Positions 50,167 through 61,540 of a stretch of DNA of 64,000 bases are shown here, one piece after another. Both the position numbers and the translations under genes were made by a program. The notes under the pieces are model-generated. The model saw nothing but the letters and a program-made list of their open reading frames with translations, was not told the origin of the DNA and ran no database searches. Location of the stretch: assembly GCA_052327205.1 (NCBI GenBank), contig CM126209.1, positions 205,964,001-206,028,000 of the forward strand. Reading direction: 5' to 3'. The stretch comes from Somniosus microcephalus. Lineage: Eukaryota. Within the stretch, counting starts at the first letter, position 1, and each line of letters starts with the position of its first letter.

Positions 50167-53076
50167 TCAGTACCCCGTCCCCGCCTTTTCTCCGTAACCC
50201 TTAATCCCCTTAGCCTTCAGAAATATATCCAATTCTCTCTTGAAAATATTTATTGAATTAGCCTTCGCAGCCCTCTGTGGCAGGGAATTCCACAGGCTCA
50301 CCACTCTTTGAGTGAAGAAATTCTTCCTCATCTCTGTTTTAAATGATTTGCCCGCTATTTTTAGACTGTGGCCCCTGGTTCTGTGCTCCCCGGCCATTGG
50401 AAACATTCTCTCTGAATTCAGCCTGTCCAGGCCTGCCATAATTTTATATGTTTCGATGAGATCCCCTCTCAATCTTCTAAACTCCAGTGAGTACAAGCCC
50501 AAACTATTTAATCTCTCTTCGTAGGTCATTCCCGCCATTACAGGTATCAGCCTGGTGAATCGCCGTTGCACTCTTTCCATGGCAAGAACATCCTTCCGCA
50601 GATGGGGCGACCAAAACTGTACACAATACTCCAGATGCGGTCTCACCAGCACCTTGTACAGCTGTGGTAAGGTATCCCTATTCCTATACTCGAACCCCCT
50701 TGATATGAAGGCCAACATACCATTTGCCTTCTTAATCGCCTGTTGCACCTGCATGCTCTCCTTCAGTGACTGGTGCACAAGAACACCCAGGTCCCTCTGC
50801 ACTTCCCCATCTCCCAATCTATTGCCATTTAGATAATAATCTACCCTCCTGTTTTTACCCCCAAAGTGGATAACCTCGCATTTATCCACATTATAGTGCA
50901 TCTGCCACGTATCCGCCCATTCCCCCAACCTGTCCAAATCGCACTGTAGCCTCCTGACATCCTCATCAGAGCCCACCCCTCCTCCTAGTTTAGTGTCGTC
51001 AGCGAATTTGGAAATATTGCATCCAATTCCCTGATCCAGATCATTTATATATATTGTGAACAGCTGGGGTCCCAGGACAGATCCTTGCGGCACCCCGCTG
51101 GTCACTGCCTGCCACTCCGAAAACGAGCCGTTTATTCCAACTCTCTGTTTTCTATCCGCCAGCCAGTTCTCTATCCACGTTAATACTTTGCCCCCAATCC
51201 CATGAGCCTTAATTTTGCATGATAATCTTTTGTGTGGAATCTTATCGAAGGCTTTCTGGAAGTCAAGGTACACCACATCCACTGGCTCTCCCCCATCTAT
51301 TTTACCAGTTACTTCCTCAAAAAATTCCAGCAGATTAGTCAAACACGATTTACCCTTTGTAAATCCATGTTGACTCTGTCCGATCCTTTCCCCATTTGTC
51401 AAGTGCTCCGCTATTTTATCCTTAATAATGGACTCTAGCATTCTGCCCACAACCGATGTAAGGCTTACTGGTCTATAATTCCCTGCTTTCTCTCTACCCC
51501 CCTTTTTAAATATTGGGGTAACATTAGCTACCCTCCAATCCACGGGTACTGTTCCCGAGTCAATGGAGTTCCGGAAGATGATCCTTAGAGCATCTGCTAT
51601 CTCCAGGGCCACCTCCTTAAGTACCCTAGGATGTAGTTTATCAGGCCCCGGGGATTTGTCGGCCTTCAGTCCCCTCAACTTACCCAGCACCATATCCCTA
51701 GAGATACTAATTTCTGTCAGCTCCTCCCTCTCATTAGTCCCTATGTTTGCCGATATTCCTGGGAGGTTATTTGTGTCCTCCTTTGTGAATACAGAACCAA
51801 AGTATGAGTTTAATTGGTCTGCCATTTCCTTATTCTCCATTATATATTCTCCCGAATCGGACTGCAAGGGACCGACTTGGGATTTTACCAGTCTTTTCCT
51901 CCTGATATACCGATAAAAGCTTTTGCAGTCTGTCTTTATGTTTGCTGCAAGTTTACTTTCGTATTCTATTTTCCCCTTCCTGATTAATCCCTTTGTCCTC
52001 TTTTGCTGTATCTTGTACTGCCCCCAATCTTCCGGTCTGGTGCTTTTTTTTGCCAGTTGATATGCCCTTTTTTTTGATTTTATGCTGTCCCTAATTTCCC
52101 TCGTTATCCACGGTTGAGTCACCTTTTTAGGTTTATTTTTGTGCCAAACCGGTATAAACATGTTCTGGAATTCTTCCATTCTATCTTTGAATGCTTGCCA
52201 TTGTCTATCCACTGTCAATCCCCCCAGAAACACCACCCAATCAATCTTACCCAATTCCCGTCTCATACCCTCGTAATTCCCTTTATTTAAGTTCTGGACC
52301 TTAGTCTCTGATTCAATTTCCTCACTCTCCATCTCGACTGAGAGCTCGATCATATTATGATCGCTCTGACCCAAGGGGCCTCGTACAAGAAGATTGCTGA
52401 TAAGTCCCTTCTCATTGCACAATACCCAGTCTAAAATGGCCTGATCTCGAGTCGGCTCCTCGACATATTGGTCCAGATAACCGTCCCGAAAACATTCCAG
52501 GAATTCCTCCTCCTCAGAATTTTTACTAGTTTGGGTAGTCCAATCAATATGTAAATTAAAGTCACCCATGATGACAGCTGTGCTCTTATCGCACGCTTCT
52601 CTAATTTCCCTTTTTATGCCTTCCCTCACCTCCATATTACTATTTGGAGGCCTATATATCACACCCACTAACGTTTTCCTCCCCTTGCTATTTCTCATTT
52701 CTACCCATACAGATTCCGTTTCATCCGAGATAATATCCTTCCTTTCCATTGCATTAATCCCCTCCTTTACCAGCAATGCTACCCCACCTCCCCTACCTTT
52801 TTGCCGATCCTTCCTAAATATTGTATATCCCTGGATGTTAAGTTCCCAGCCTTGCCCACCCTGCAGCCACGTTTCTGTAATCCCAATCAAATCATACTTG
52901 TTTACCTCTATTTCCACAACTAATTCATCCACCTTGTTCCTAATGCTTCTAGCATTAAGATACAAAGCCTTCAGGCTTGCTTTTTTCACACTCTCATTAT
53001 GAATTAGTTTGGCCCTTTGTGTTTCTCTCCTTTGCTTATTGCTTCTCACCTTTCTACCATCTATTTCTGACTTCAT
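50167..53076 (-). CDS. CR1 ORF2 (APE endonuclease + reverse transcriptase), 969 aa, uninterrupted
   Basis: YLNARSIRNK, GITETW, GDFN, SDHN, YLDFQKAFD, GVPQGSVLGP and FADD are all in one frame. Confidence 0.93.
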   Translation of the reverse strand: MKSEIDGRKVRSNKQRRETQRAKLIHNESVKKASLKALYLNARSIRNKVDELVVEIEVNKYDLIGITETWLQGGQGWELNIQGYTIFRKDRQKGRGGGVALLVKEGINAMERKDIISDETESVWVEMRNSKGRKTLVGVIYRPPNSNMEVREGIKREIREACDKSTAVIMGDFNLHIDWTTQTSKNSEEEEFLECFRDGYLDQYVEEPTRDQAILDWVLCNEKGLISNLLVRGPLGQSDHNMIELSVEMESEEIESETKVQNLNKGNYEGMRRELGKIDWVVFLGGLTVDRQWQAFKDRMEEFQNMFIPVWHKNKPKKVTQPWITREIRDSIKSKKRAYQLAKKSTRPEDWGQYKIQQKRTKGLIRKGKIEYESKLAANIKTDCKSFYRYIRRKRLVKSQVGPLQSDSGEYIMENKEMADQLNSYFGSVFTKEDTNNLPGISANIGTNEREELTEISISRDMVLGKLRGLKADKSPGPDKLHPRVLKEVALEIADALRIIFRNSIDSGTVPVDWRVANVTPIFKKGGREKAGNYRPVSLTSVVGRMLESIIKDKIAEHLTNGERIGQSQHGFTKGKSCLTNLLEFFEEVTGKIDGGEPVDVVYLDFQKAFDKIPHKRLSCKIKAHGIGGKVLTWIENWLADRKQRVGINGSFSEWQAVTSGVPQGSVLGPQLFTIYINDLDQGIGCNISKFADDTKLGGGVGSDEDVRRLQCDLDRLGEWADTWQMHYNVDKCEVIHFGGKNRRVDYYLNGNRLGDGEVQRDLGVLVHQSLKESMQVQQAIKKANGMLAFISRGFEYRNRDTLPQLYKVLVRPHLEYCVQFWSPHLRKDVLAMERVQRRFTRLIPVMAGMTYEERLNSLGLYSLEFRRLRGDLIETYKIMAGLDRLNSERMFPMAGEHRTRGHSLKIAGKSFKTEMRKNFFTQRVVSLWNSLPQRAAKANSINIFKRELDIFLKAKGIKGYGEKAGTGY

Positions 53077-53123
53077 ATGACTTCCCTCTTTTCCACTACC
53101 TAGGTTCCCATCCCCCTGCCAAA

Positions 53124-53280
53124 TTAGTTTAAATCCTCCCGAACCGCCCTAGAAAATATTACCCCGAGGACATCGGCTCCCTCACAGTTCAGGTGTAGAC
53201 CGTCCCCTTGGTACAGGTCACTCCTCCCCAGGAACTGGTTCCAATGCCTCAAGAATTTAAATCCCTCTCCCTTGCACCTT
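53124..53280 (-). pseudogene. CR1 ORF1 C-terminal fragment (SGNH esterase-like domain)
   Basis: Manual translation RCKGEGFKFLRHWNQFLGRSDLYQGDGLHLNCEGADVLGVIFSRAVREDLN*, with the DGLH block-V motif. Confidence 0.8.
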
Positions 53281-53959
53281 AACAGAAGAAGTTAACTCTC
53301 AGAGAAAGAGCTGACGCTAGATAAGGCTTTCAGCGTGGCAGTATCGTACGAAGCAGCAGCCAGGGGAGCTGCAGAAATACAACAAAAGCCACAGGAATAC
53401 GGCACCCACGAAATGACACGGGGATTTGCAAAATGTTATCGCTGCGGCAGAACTAACCATGACCAGAATGACTGCTGGTCCAAGGACAAAATATGCAGGC
53501 AATGCGGAAAGATGGGACACATTGCACGAGTTTGCAGGTCTGGGAAGAAGACCAGCGACAACAAAAAGGCTACTAAGGAACCGTACAAGAAAGTACAAAA
53601 GATGACGGACAGTAGTTCCGAAGACCAGATGAGCGATAGTGAATCCGGGAACGGGAGACTAAGCTGTCTCAAACTTCACAATGTAATCACAAAAGAGGAT
53701 CACCGAACCATTTGGGTCGCCCTCACGGTAGCAGGGTCCCAAGTTAAAATGGAATTGGATACAGGATCAGCGCTAACCGTCATGAATCGACGAGACTACG
53801 AGCGGCTATTCTCACACATACACTTGAGAGAGACATCCATCGTCTTGACGACGTATATGGGGCAAAAAGTATACCCCAGAGGAAAAATAAGGGTGCCTGT
53901 CGAATTCAACGGCAAGAAAATACGGAAATTGTATCTCTACATTCTGCAAAATGGTGGAC

Positions 53960-56900
53960 TGTGGCGGATCGCCACCTAAACGGGCGCAATCCACTTTTCC
54001 GTCCGTGGACAATAAATCGGGCACCTCGCCTTTAAGAAGCATGCTGCCTTTAAGGCATGACAAAGGAGCGGGCGTCGTCCTCAGTGTGTACTCAAAAGTG
54101 CGGGTGTCGCCCTCAGGCTGTTTTCGGGTTTAGCAGAGAGAGGAGCTGGGGCAGCCATCTCTCAAGAGAATGTAATAAAAGCCATGTGTTCCTCAGATCG
54201 GTTCGGCCTCCATTCGTGTTCCGCGGCAGCCGCAACATTGGTGACCCCGACGCTCAGAACGTATTCCGAGCACTGCAATGGCGGACACGAACGCAGTTTC
54301 CGTGAAACTGCCGGAGTTTTGGGAAAACCAGCCCGAAGCCTGGTTCCTCCAAGCTGAGCCCCAATTCCGGCTGCGACACATCACCACAGATGGGACGAAT
54401 ATTGACTACCTCGTCGCATCACTTGGTATCTCCACAGTCACGAAGGTCTGGATAGCGCTGCAGAACTCAGCAGAGGAGGGCAAGTATGCACATCTTAAGG
54501 CCGCGCTCCTTAAAAAATTTACGACCTCGACATACCAGCGAAACTGCCGCCTCCTCGACCTTCCAGGCCTCGGTGACGCCTCACCGTCAGACCTCCTCTC
54601 CCACATGCTCTCACTCACCGACGAGAGCCCACCCGGGTCCCTCTTCCGCACGCTGTTCATCCGCCAGCTACCTCCCAGCATCCGTCCAGCGATCGTGGCG
54701 TCCGGCCTCACGGACCTAGAAGCCCTGGCCGACGAGGCCGACAAGCTGCTGTCCACTCACTCCAGCCACAACGTCGCTCCGGACCTGGCAGCCACAGCCT
54801 GGGCGCGCCCCTCACCGGCCACCACACGGCCACAAGGCATTGCCACGGGGCCCACGGGGCCTTCGCGCCCTACAGACCCGGGCTACTGTTACTACCACGC
54901 ACGGTTCGGCACCAGGGCACAACGGTGCACACCTCCCTGCTCCTTCAAGTCCGCCCCCGTACCAGCCCCCGCGATGGCCGTGGGCCACGCGGGCTACCTG
55001 CTGTACGTCACGGATGACAAAACCGGCCGCCGGTTCCTGTGCGACACTGGAGCTCAGCACAGCATCATCCCGGCCTCCGCCCTCGACATCCAAAAGGGCG
55101 AATGAGGACAGGCGCTGGCTGCCGCTAACGGCTCGGACATCCGGACGTATGGCACCCGCACAGTCACCCTCGACCTCGCTGGTCGCCGCTACCGATGGGA
55201 GTTCATCACTGCCAAGGTACTCTCCCCTCTCATCGGCGCAGACTTCCTGTGCGCCCACGGCCTACTGGTAGACATCCCTCGACACCGCCTCGTGGACATG
55301 AACACCATGTCTCCCATCCTGGGCGCCATGGCCCCCCGTCAACCCGCCGACATGGCGTCACAGTGCCACGCCCGGGCCACGGATGACTACTCGGCACTGC
55401 TGGCCGAATTCCCGGCCCTCACCAACCCGACCTTCTCCGCGGAGGTCGCCAAACACGGGGTGGAACACTTCATCCCCACCACAGGCCCACCAGTGTACGC
55501 CCACGCCCGCAGGCTGGACCCGGCCAAACTGGAGGTCGCGCGCACCGAGTTTGCCACGATGGAACAGCTCGGCATCATCCGCCGCTCCAACAGTCCCTGG
55601 GCCTCCCCACTCCACATCGCCCCCAAACCAGGCGGGGGTTGGCACCCCTGCGGGGATTACCGCCGCCTCAACGATGCCACCACCCCTGATCGGTACCCCG
55701 TGCCGCACATTCAGGACTTCTCGGCTAGACTGGCCGGCCGCTCAGTCTTTTCCAAAGTTGACCTGGTGCGCGGCTACCACCAAGTCCCCGTCCACCCCGC
55801 GGACGTCCCCAAGACAGCCGTAATCACCCCCTTCGGGCTTTTCGAGTTCCTGCGGATGCCCTTCGGCCTCAAAAATGCGGCCCAGGCATTCCAACAGCTC
55901 ATGGACTCGGTCCTTCGGGACCTGAAGTTCCTGTTCGTCTACCTGGACGGCATCCTGGTAGCCAGTTCCTCCAAGCAGGAACACCTCGAACACCTCGCAT
56001 CCTGTTCGGGTGCCTCAGCGACCACGGGCTCATCCTCAGCCCAGCCAAGTGCCAGTTCGGCCTGGACAAGATCGACTTCCTCGGCCACCACATCACCCAT
56101 GCTGGGGCCATTCCCCTGCCCACCAAGGTGCAGGCCGTCCAGCAATTTCCCTGCCCCACCACCATCAAAGGACTCCAGGAGTTCCTCGGGATGGTGAATT
56201 TCTACAACCGCTTCATCCCCAAAGCGGCATCCCTCATGAAGCCCCTGTATGAAGCCCTCCAGGGCAGGAGCGGCAAGATGGCGGTCGAATGGACGGCAGA
56301 CGTATCAGCCGCCTTCAACTCCACCAAGACCGCGCTCACCGACGCCACCCTGCTCGCGCAGCCACGGCCCAATGCCAGAGTAGCTCTCAACACGGACGCC
56401 TCCGACCACGCGGTCGGCGCCGTGTACGAGCAGTGGGTCGACGGCGCCTGGCAACCACTTGCCTTCTTCAGCCGCCAACTACGCCCCCCGGAGGACAAGT
56501 ACAGCACCTTCGACCGCGAGCTCCTCGCGCTGTACCTGGCGGTCCGCCATTTTCGGTTTTTGCTGGAGGGCCACCCCTTCACTGCGTTTGTCGACCACAA
56601 ACCCCTGACATTCGCAATGGCAAAGACAACCGACCCCTGGTCCGCCAGGCAGCAGCGCCAGCTCGCGGCAGTGTCCGAGTTCACCACGGACATCCAACAC
56701 GTCTCCGGCCGAGACAACGTGGTAGCCGACTGCCTCTCCCACCCCGCCATCCACGCCGCACACCTGGCAGTCGACTACACTCAACTCGCAGCAGACCAGC
56801 TCACGGACCCTAATCTGCTCTCCGCACCTACCAACCTACCAGGGCTACGCCTGGCCGACGTCGCCTGCGGCCCGACCGCAGTCACGGTCAAGTGCGACAT

Positions 56901-58387
56901 ATCCCTATCTCAACCTCGGCCCGTCGTCCCAGCGTCCTGGCGCCGCCGGGTATTCGAGATTCTCCACAACCTCTCCCACCCCGGCGCCCGCGCATCCATC
57001 AAATTGGTAGCCAACCGCTTTGTCTGGCGCGGCCTTCGCAAGGATGTGCGTACTTGGGCCAACTCCTGCCTAGCCTGCCAACGGGCCAAGGTGCAGCAAC
57101 ACACGAAAGCACCCCTCGAGGAGTTCACCATCCCTTCACGTAGATTCGACCACATCCACGTGGACATCGTCAGGCCCCTGCCGCCGTCGCAAGGCCACAC
57201 GCACTTGCTGACGATCGTCGACCGCACTACGCGCTGGCCCGAGGCAATTCCACTGACCTCTACCACCACCGCCGACATCGCCAGGGCCTTCGTCAGCACC
57301 TGGATCACACGGTTCGGCGTCCCCTCCGACATGACGTCGGACAGAGCTCCGCAATTTACCTCTGAACTCTGGACCGCCATCGCACGCAATCTCGGGGTGA
57401 CCATTCACCGCACCACAGCGTACCACCCCCAAGCCAACGGACTGTGTGAGCGGTTCCACAGATCCTTGAAGGCATCTCTTCGAGCCAGCCTCCAGGACGG
57501 CACCTGGACCGACCGACTCCCGTGGGTCCTCCTCGGCCTGCGCTCCGCGGTTAAAGAAGACCTCCACGCATCGGCAGCAGAGGTCGTGTACGGCCAGCCG
57601 CTGCGCGTACCCGGCGAGTTCCTGCCCACCGCCACGACACCCTGGTCAGCCGACCAGCAACGCCACGACTTCGCCTCACCGGCGCTACAGTGCACCCCGG
57701 TGCCCATTGCCCGGCACGGCGAATCCACCTCACACGTCCCGCTAAGCCTGCACCAGGCATGGTTCGTTTTCGTCCGGCACGATGCCCACCACGGACCCCT
57801 TCAACCCCCGTACGACGGGCCCTACAAGATGCTACAGGCTGGGGACAAATTTTTCGACCTACAAGTGGGCGACAGGACTGAAAAAGTGTCGGTTGACCGA
57901 CTCAAGCCAGCACACTCGGAGCCCGGTGAGCAGGTCCCAGTAGCTCGTCCACCGCCACGCAGCCGACCTGCCCTCAAGCCAGTACACCCGGCTGCTCCAC
58001 GGCCGGCCGTTCCACGTCCACCGGCGTCCTACAAGAGCCGTTCCGGCCGGCCCATCAGACCGCCGCACCGTCTCGTCCACACCTCCTAAGCGGATTCTGG
58101 GGGGAGCTGTGTGGCGGATCGCCACCTAAACGGGCGCAATCAACTTTTCCGTCCGTGGACAATAAATTGGGCACCTCGCCTTTAAGAAGCATGCTGCCTT
58201 TAAGGCATGACAAAGGAGCGGGCGTCGTCCTCAGTGTGTACTCAAAAGCGCGGGTGTCGCCCTCAGGCTGTTTTCGGGTTTAGCAGAGAGAGGAGCTGGG
58301 GCAGCCATCTCTCAAGAGAATGTAATAAAAGCCATGTGTTCCTCAGATCGGTTCGGCCTCCATTCGTGTTCCGCGGCAGCTGCAACA
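53960..58387 (+). mobile_element. Full-length CsRN1-type Ty3/Gypsy nested in copy 3
   Basis: 278-bp LTRs at 53960-54237 and 58110-58387 (4 mismatches), TSD GGAC, tRNA-Trp PBS TGGTGACCCCGACG at 54239-54252, PPT TCTGGGGGGAG. Confidence 0.95.
54278..58089 (+). pseudogene. gag-pol: Single-ORF gag-pol (CHCC gag motif, PR, RT, RH, INT) with one stop, one frameshift and a YLDG active site
   Basis: VKLPEFW..PEAWF, CYYHARFG..AQRC..PC and LCDTGA are present. TGA at 55103-55105 is in frame with 55292, and there is a frameshift near 55995. The integrase ORF 56128-58089 ends with a GPY motif. Confidence 0.92.
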
Positions 58388-61246
58388 GGACCACTGTTAT
58401 TGGGACGTGAATGGATCAGGAAGATAAGCTTAGATTGGCACTCCATTCATGCAATGACGGTGGATGGTAAAAAAGATGAAAACGTCACTCCTGGACGATT
58501 GTCAACAATCTTAGCTAACGCCAAAGAGGTATTTCAACAAGAACTGGGCACTCTTAAAGGCGTAATCACCTCGATAAAAATAGAAAAGAATGCAATTCCC
58601 AAGTTTTTCAAAGTACCATATGCAATTCGCCCAGCCGTCGAGGCAGAGCTGGAGAATCTGGAGAAGGCAGGCGTGTTGTCTAAGGTCAACTGGAGCGAGT
58701 GGGCGACACCCATCGTTCCTGTCATAAAGAAAACGTTAAGCAATAAGTCTGAGGAGCCAAGGAAGGTTCATATCTGTGGGGATTTCAAGGTGACGGTGAA
58801 CCCAGTCCTTCACACAGTACAATATCCTCTTCCAAGGATAGAAGACATCTTCGCCTCACTATCTGGAGGGAAGCGTTTTACAAAAATTGACCTAGCACAA
58901 GCATATTTGCAGATGGAGGTTGAAGAATCCTCTAGGAAGTATCTCACGATAAACACTCACAAAGGTCTTTACCAGTATCATCGATTGGTATTCGGAGTAG
59001 CATCGGCTCCGGCGATATGGCAAAGAGCGATGGAACAAGTCCTGCAAGGGATTCCGGGGACTCAGTGTTACTTGGACGACATCCTTGTGACAGGTGAAGA
59101 TGACAGTGAACACCTTAACAACCTAGAACAGGTGCTCACTAGACTACGGGAACATGGGCTACGAGCCAACCGCCCCAAGTGCGAGTTTTTTAAGAAACAG
59201 ATATCGTATTGTGGCCACGTGATTGATGAAGAGGGGTTACATAAGTCCCCTGACAAAATTGAAGCGGTTGTTAAGGCCCCAGCGCCTGAAAATGTGTTGC
59301 AACTGAGGTCATTCCTCAGAGTGGTGAATTACTATCATAAGTTTTTGCCGAATTTGTCGACAATTCTGCACCCACTGAACGCCCTACTACGAACGGGAGT
59401 AGCATGGAAATGGAGCAATGACTGTAAGCGGGCCTTTCAGAAGAGTAAGGACATAATCACTTCAAAAGAAGTATTGGCTCACTACAACCCAGCACTGCCG
59501 ATCAGACTGGCGTGTGATGCGTCTCCCTACGGCATTGGGGCGGTACTGTCACATAAATTCCTTGATGGTTTAGAGAGGCCGATAGCTTTTGCGTCATGCT
59601 TCTTAACTTCTGCCGAGTGTAACTACGCCCAGATTGACAGAGAGGCCCTCAGCCTAGTGTGGAGGGTGAAGAAGTTCAATCACTACCTGCACGGTCAAAA
59701 ATTTACTCTACTAACCGATCATCAACCTCTTGTCTCCATTTTCAATCTTCAGAAGGGTGTACCGATAATGACAGCGCAACGGCTGCAGTGGTGGTCCCTT
59801 TTCCTAGGGGCACACCAATATGACATCGAGTACAAAGGAACTAAACAGCATGGAAATTCTGATGGATTGTCACGCCTACCGTTGCCGACGGTGGAAGAAG
59901 AAGACCTTGCAGTGGATCCAATGGAGTTATTCCACTCGAACATAGTCGAATGTCTCCCTGTGACGAATGCAAACATAGAAAAGGAAACACGGAATGACCC
60001 GACACTATCACAGGTCTATGATTTAATGGTGAAGGGATGGCCAGCACATGGCGAACCACTGCTGCCAGCATTCTCGCCGAGAAGAGAACAGCTGTCAGTG
60101 TGCAGAGGAACTTTGATGTGTGGATCCAGAGTAGTAATTCCACCTAAGTTGACGGATAGAGTGCTCAATGAGCTTCATGAGGGTCATCTGGGTGGGGTAA
60201 AAATGAAGAACTTAGCCAGAGCGTTTGTGTGGTGGCCGGGAATCGATAGAGAAATCGAAGAGATGACCAAGAGCTGTGCAGGATGCCAGAAGGTCCAAAA
60301 CGCCCCACCACAAGCTCCTCTGCATCCATGGGAGTGGCCCTCATCTCCATGGCAAAGGGTGCACATTGATTTTGCTGGTCCCTTCATGGACTCGATGTTT
60401 TTAATTACGGTGGATGCACATTCAAAGTGGCCAGAGGTAATAAAAATGTCCTCAACCACCACAGAAAAAACTATCACAGTTTTACGAACCATATTCGCCA
60501 GGAATGGGCTGCCTGAACAGATTTGCTCTGACAATGGACCACAGTTTGTGTCTGAAGAGTTCCGGAGGTTCTTAAAGAACAATGGTGTTAAGCATTACAC
60601 ATCTGCCCCATATCATCCAGCCACTAATGGATTGGCCGAGAGGTTTGTTCAAACATTCAAGAAGGCTATCAAGGCAATGTGTAATGAAGATATACCCCTA
60701 CAACACAAGGTGGACAACTTCTTGTTTGCCTACCGGAATGCGACACATGCGGTTACCAACCAAACTCCAGCCATGATGTTCTTCAATCGAAGACTACGAT
60801 GCCGCTTGGATTTGGTTAAGCCAAACGTCCGAAAAGATGTGGAGAACAGGCAGTTTCAGAATATGAATGAAAGGCCGACCAGGAGTTTTAAGATAGGTCA
60901 ACCAGTTTTGGCCCGGGACTACCGCACTGAGAAATGGCAGCCAGGAACGATTTGTACACGGCAAGGACCTCTCATGTATACCGCAGACGTTGGAGAGAGC
61001 ATTGTAAGACGCCATGCTGACCAGATTCTAGAGTCACTGGAAAACGTCAACTCCACACCACGATCTGATACACCTGGCAATGAAATCGACGTACAAATTG
61101 CAGCTACCGCAGAATCGGTGATATTGGAAGCAGATGAACCAAACAACGACATTGATCCCGACTCAACCTTGCCAGAAGAACCTGATACCCCAAAGAGGCG
61201 TTATCCAGACAGAATCAGGAAGCCTCCTCAAAGACTGAACTTATAA
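58388..61246 (+). pseudogene. pol: pol (RT-RNase H-integrase) of Gypsy copy 3, open frame but disconnected from gag
   Basis: Near-identical to copy 2 pol with YLDD. It has a 9-bp in-frame deletion near 58612. Confidence 0.9.
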
Positions 61247-61540
61247 TTGCTTAAACTCAACCAATGTATCTAGCAACCGTAATTGTGATTGTAATTAGTT
61301 ATCATTTAGTTGTTAAATGGATGTTATGTACTGTTTATCTAAAAGGGGAGGAATTGTTGTGTATGTACCTTTAAGAGAATAACTGGTCTCAGACTGCAGT
61401 ACCAGCAGTGACCACCCCTGTATAAAAGGCGCTAGTAAGCCTCTGTAGTTTCAGTTTCCCGATTGACTCCTTTCAGTAAAGACTTGTTTTGTTCAACTCC
61501 TGCTGTCCGTGTCTCAATCATACATGGACATAATAAGTAA

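Larger units (their letters stand above)
50044..53281 (-). mobile_element. CR1 LINE copy C, young, truncated within ORF1, inserted in Gypsy gag
   Basis: (TTTCTATG)n tail at 50044, TSD ACAGAA (50038-50043, 53282-53287), intact ORF2. Confidence 0.95.
48791..61535 (+). mobile_element. Ty3/Gypsy (Mag clade), copy 3, carrying two nested insertions
   Basis: 181-bp LTRs at 48791-48971 and 61355-61535 (1 mismatch), TSD AGTAA, PBS TGGCGACGAG at 48973. gag-pol is in three pieces: 49619-50043, 53282-53959 and 58388-61246. Confidence 0.95.

Noticed and set aside
55103-55105. TGA between gag/protease and RT as programmed readthrough
   Set aside because: It falls inside the protease domain, the related element at 47117-47587 reads through this region with sense codons, and CGA to TGA decay explains it.
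53960-58387. Nested element looks older (4/278 LTR mismatches) than its host (1/181)
   Set aside because: Counts are too small to differ meaningfully and most differences are hypermutable CpG transitions.
21294-61152. Numerous antisense ORFs over RT and integrase regions, recurring between copies
   Set aside because: Shadow frames of the sense codon usage. The recurrence reflects copy identity, not independent function.
58334-61246. 970-aa ORF as an intact standalone gene
   Set aside because: Its N-terminus (58334-58387) is the nested element's 3' LTR read by chance into the host pol frame.
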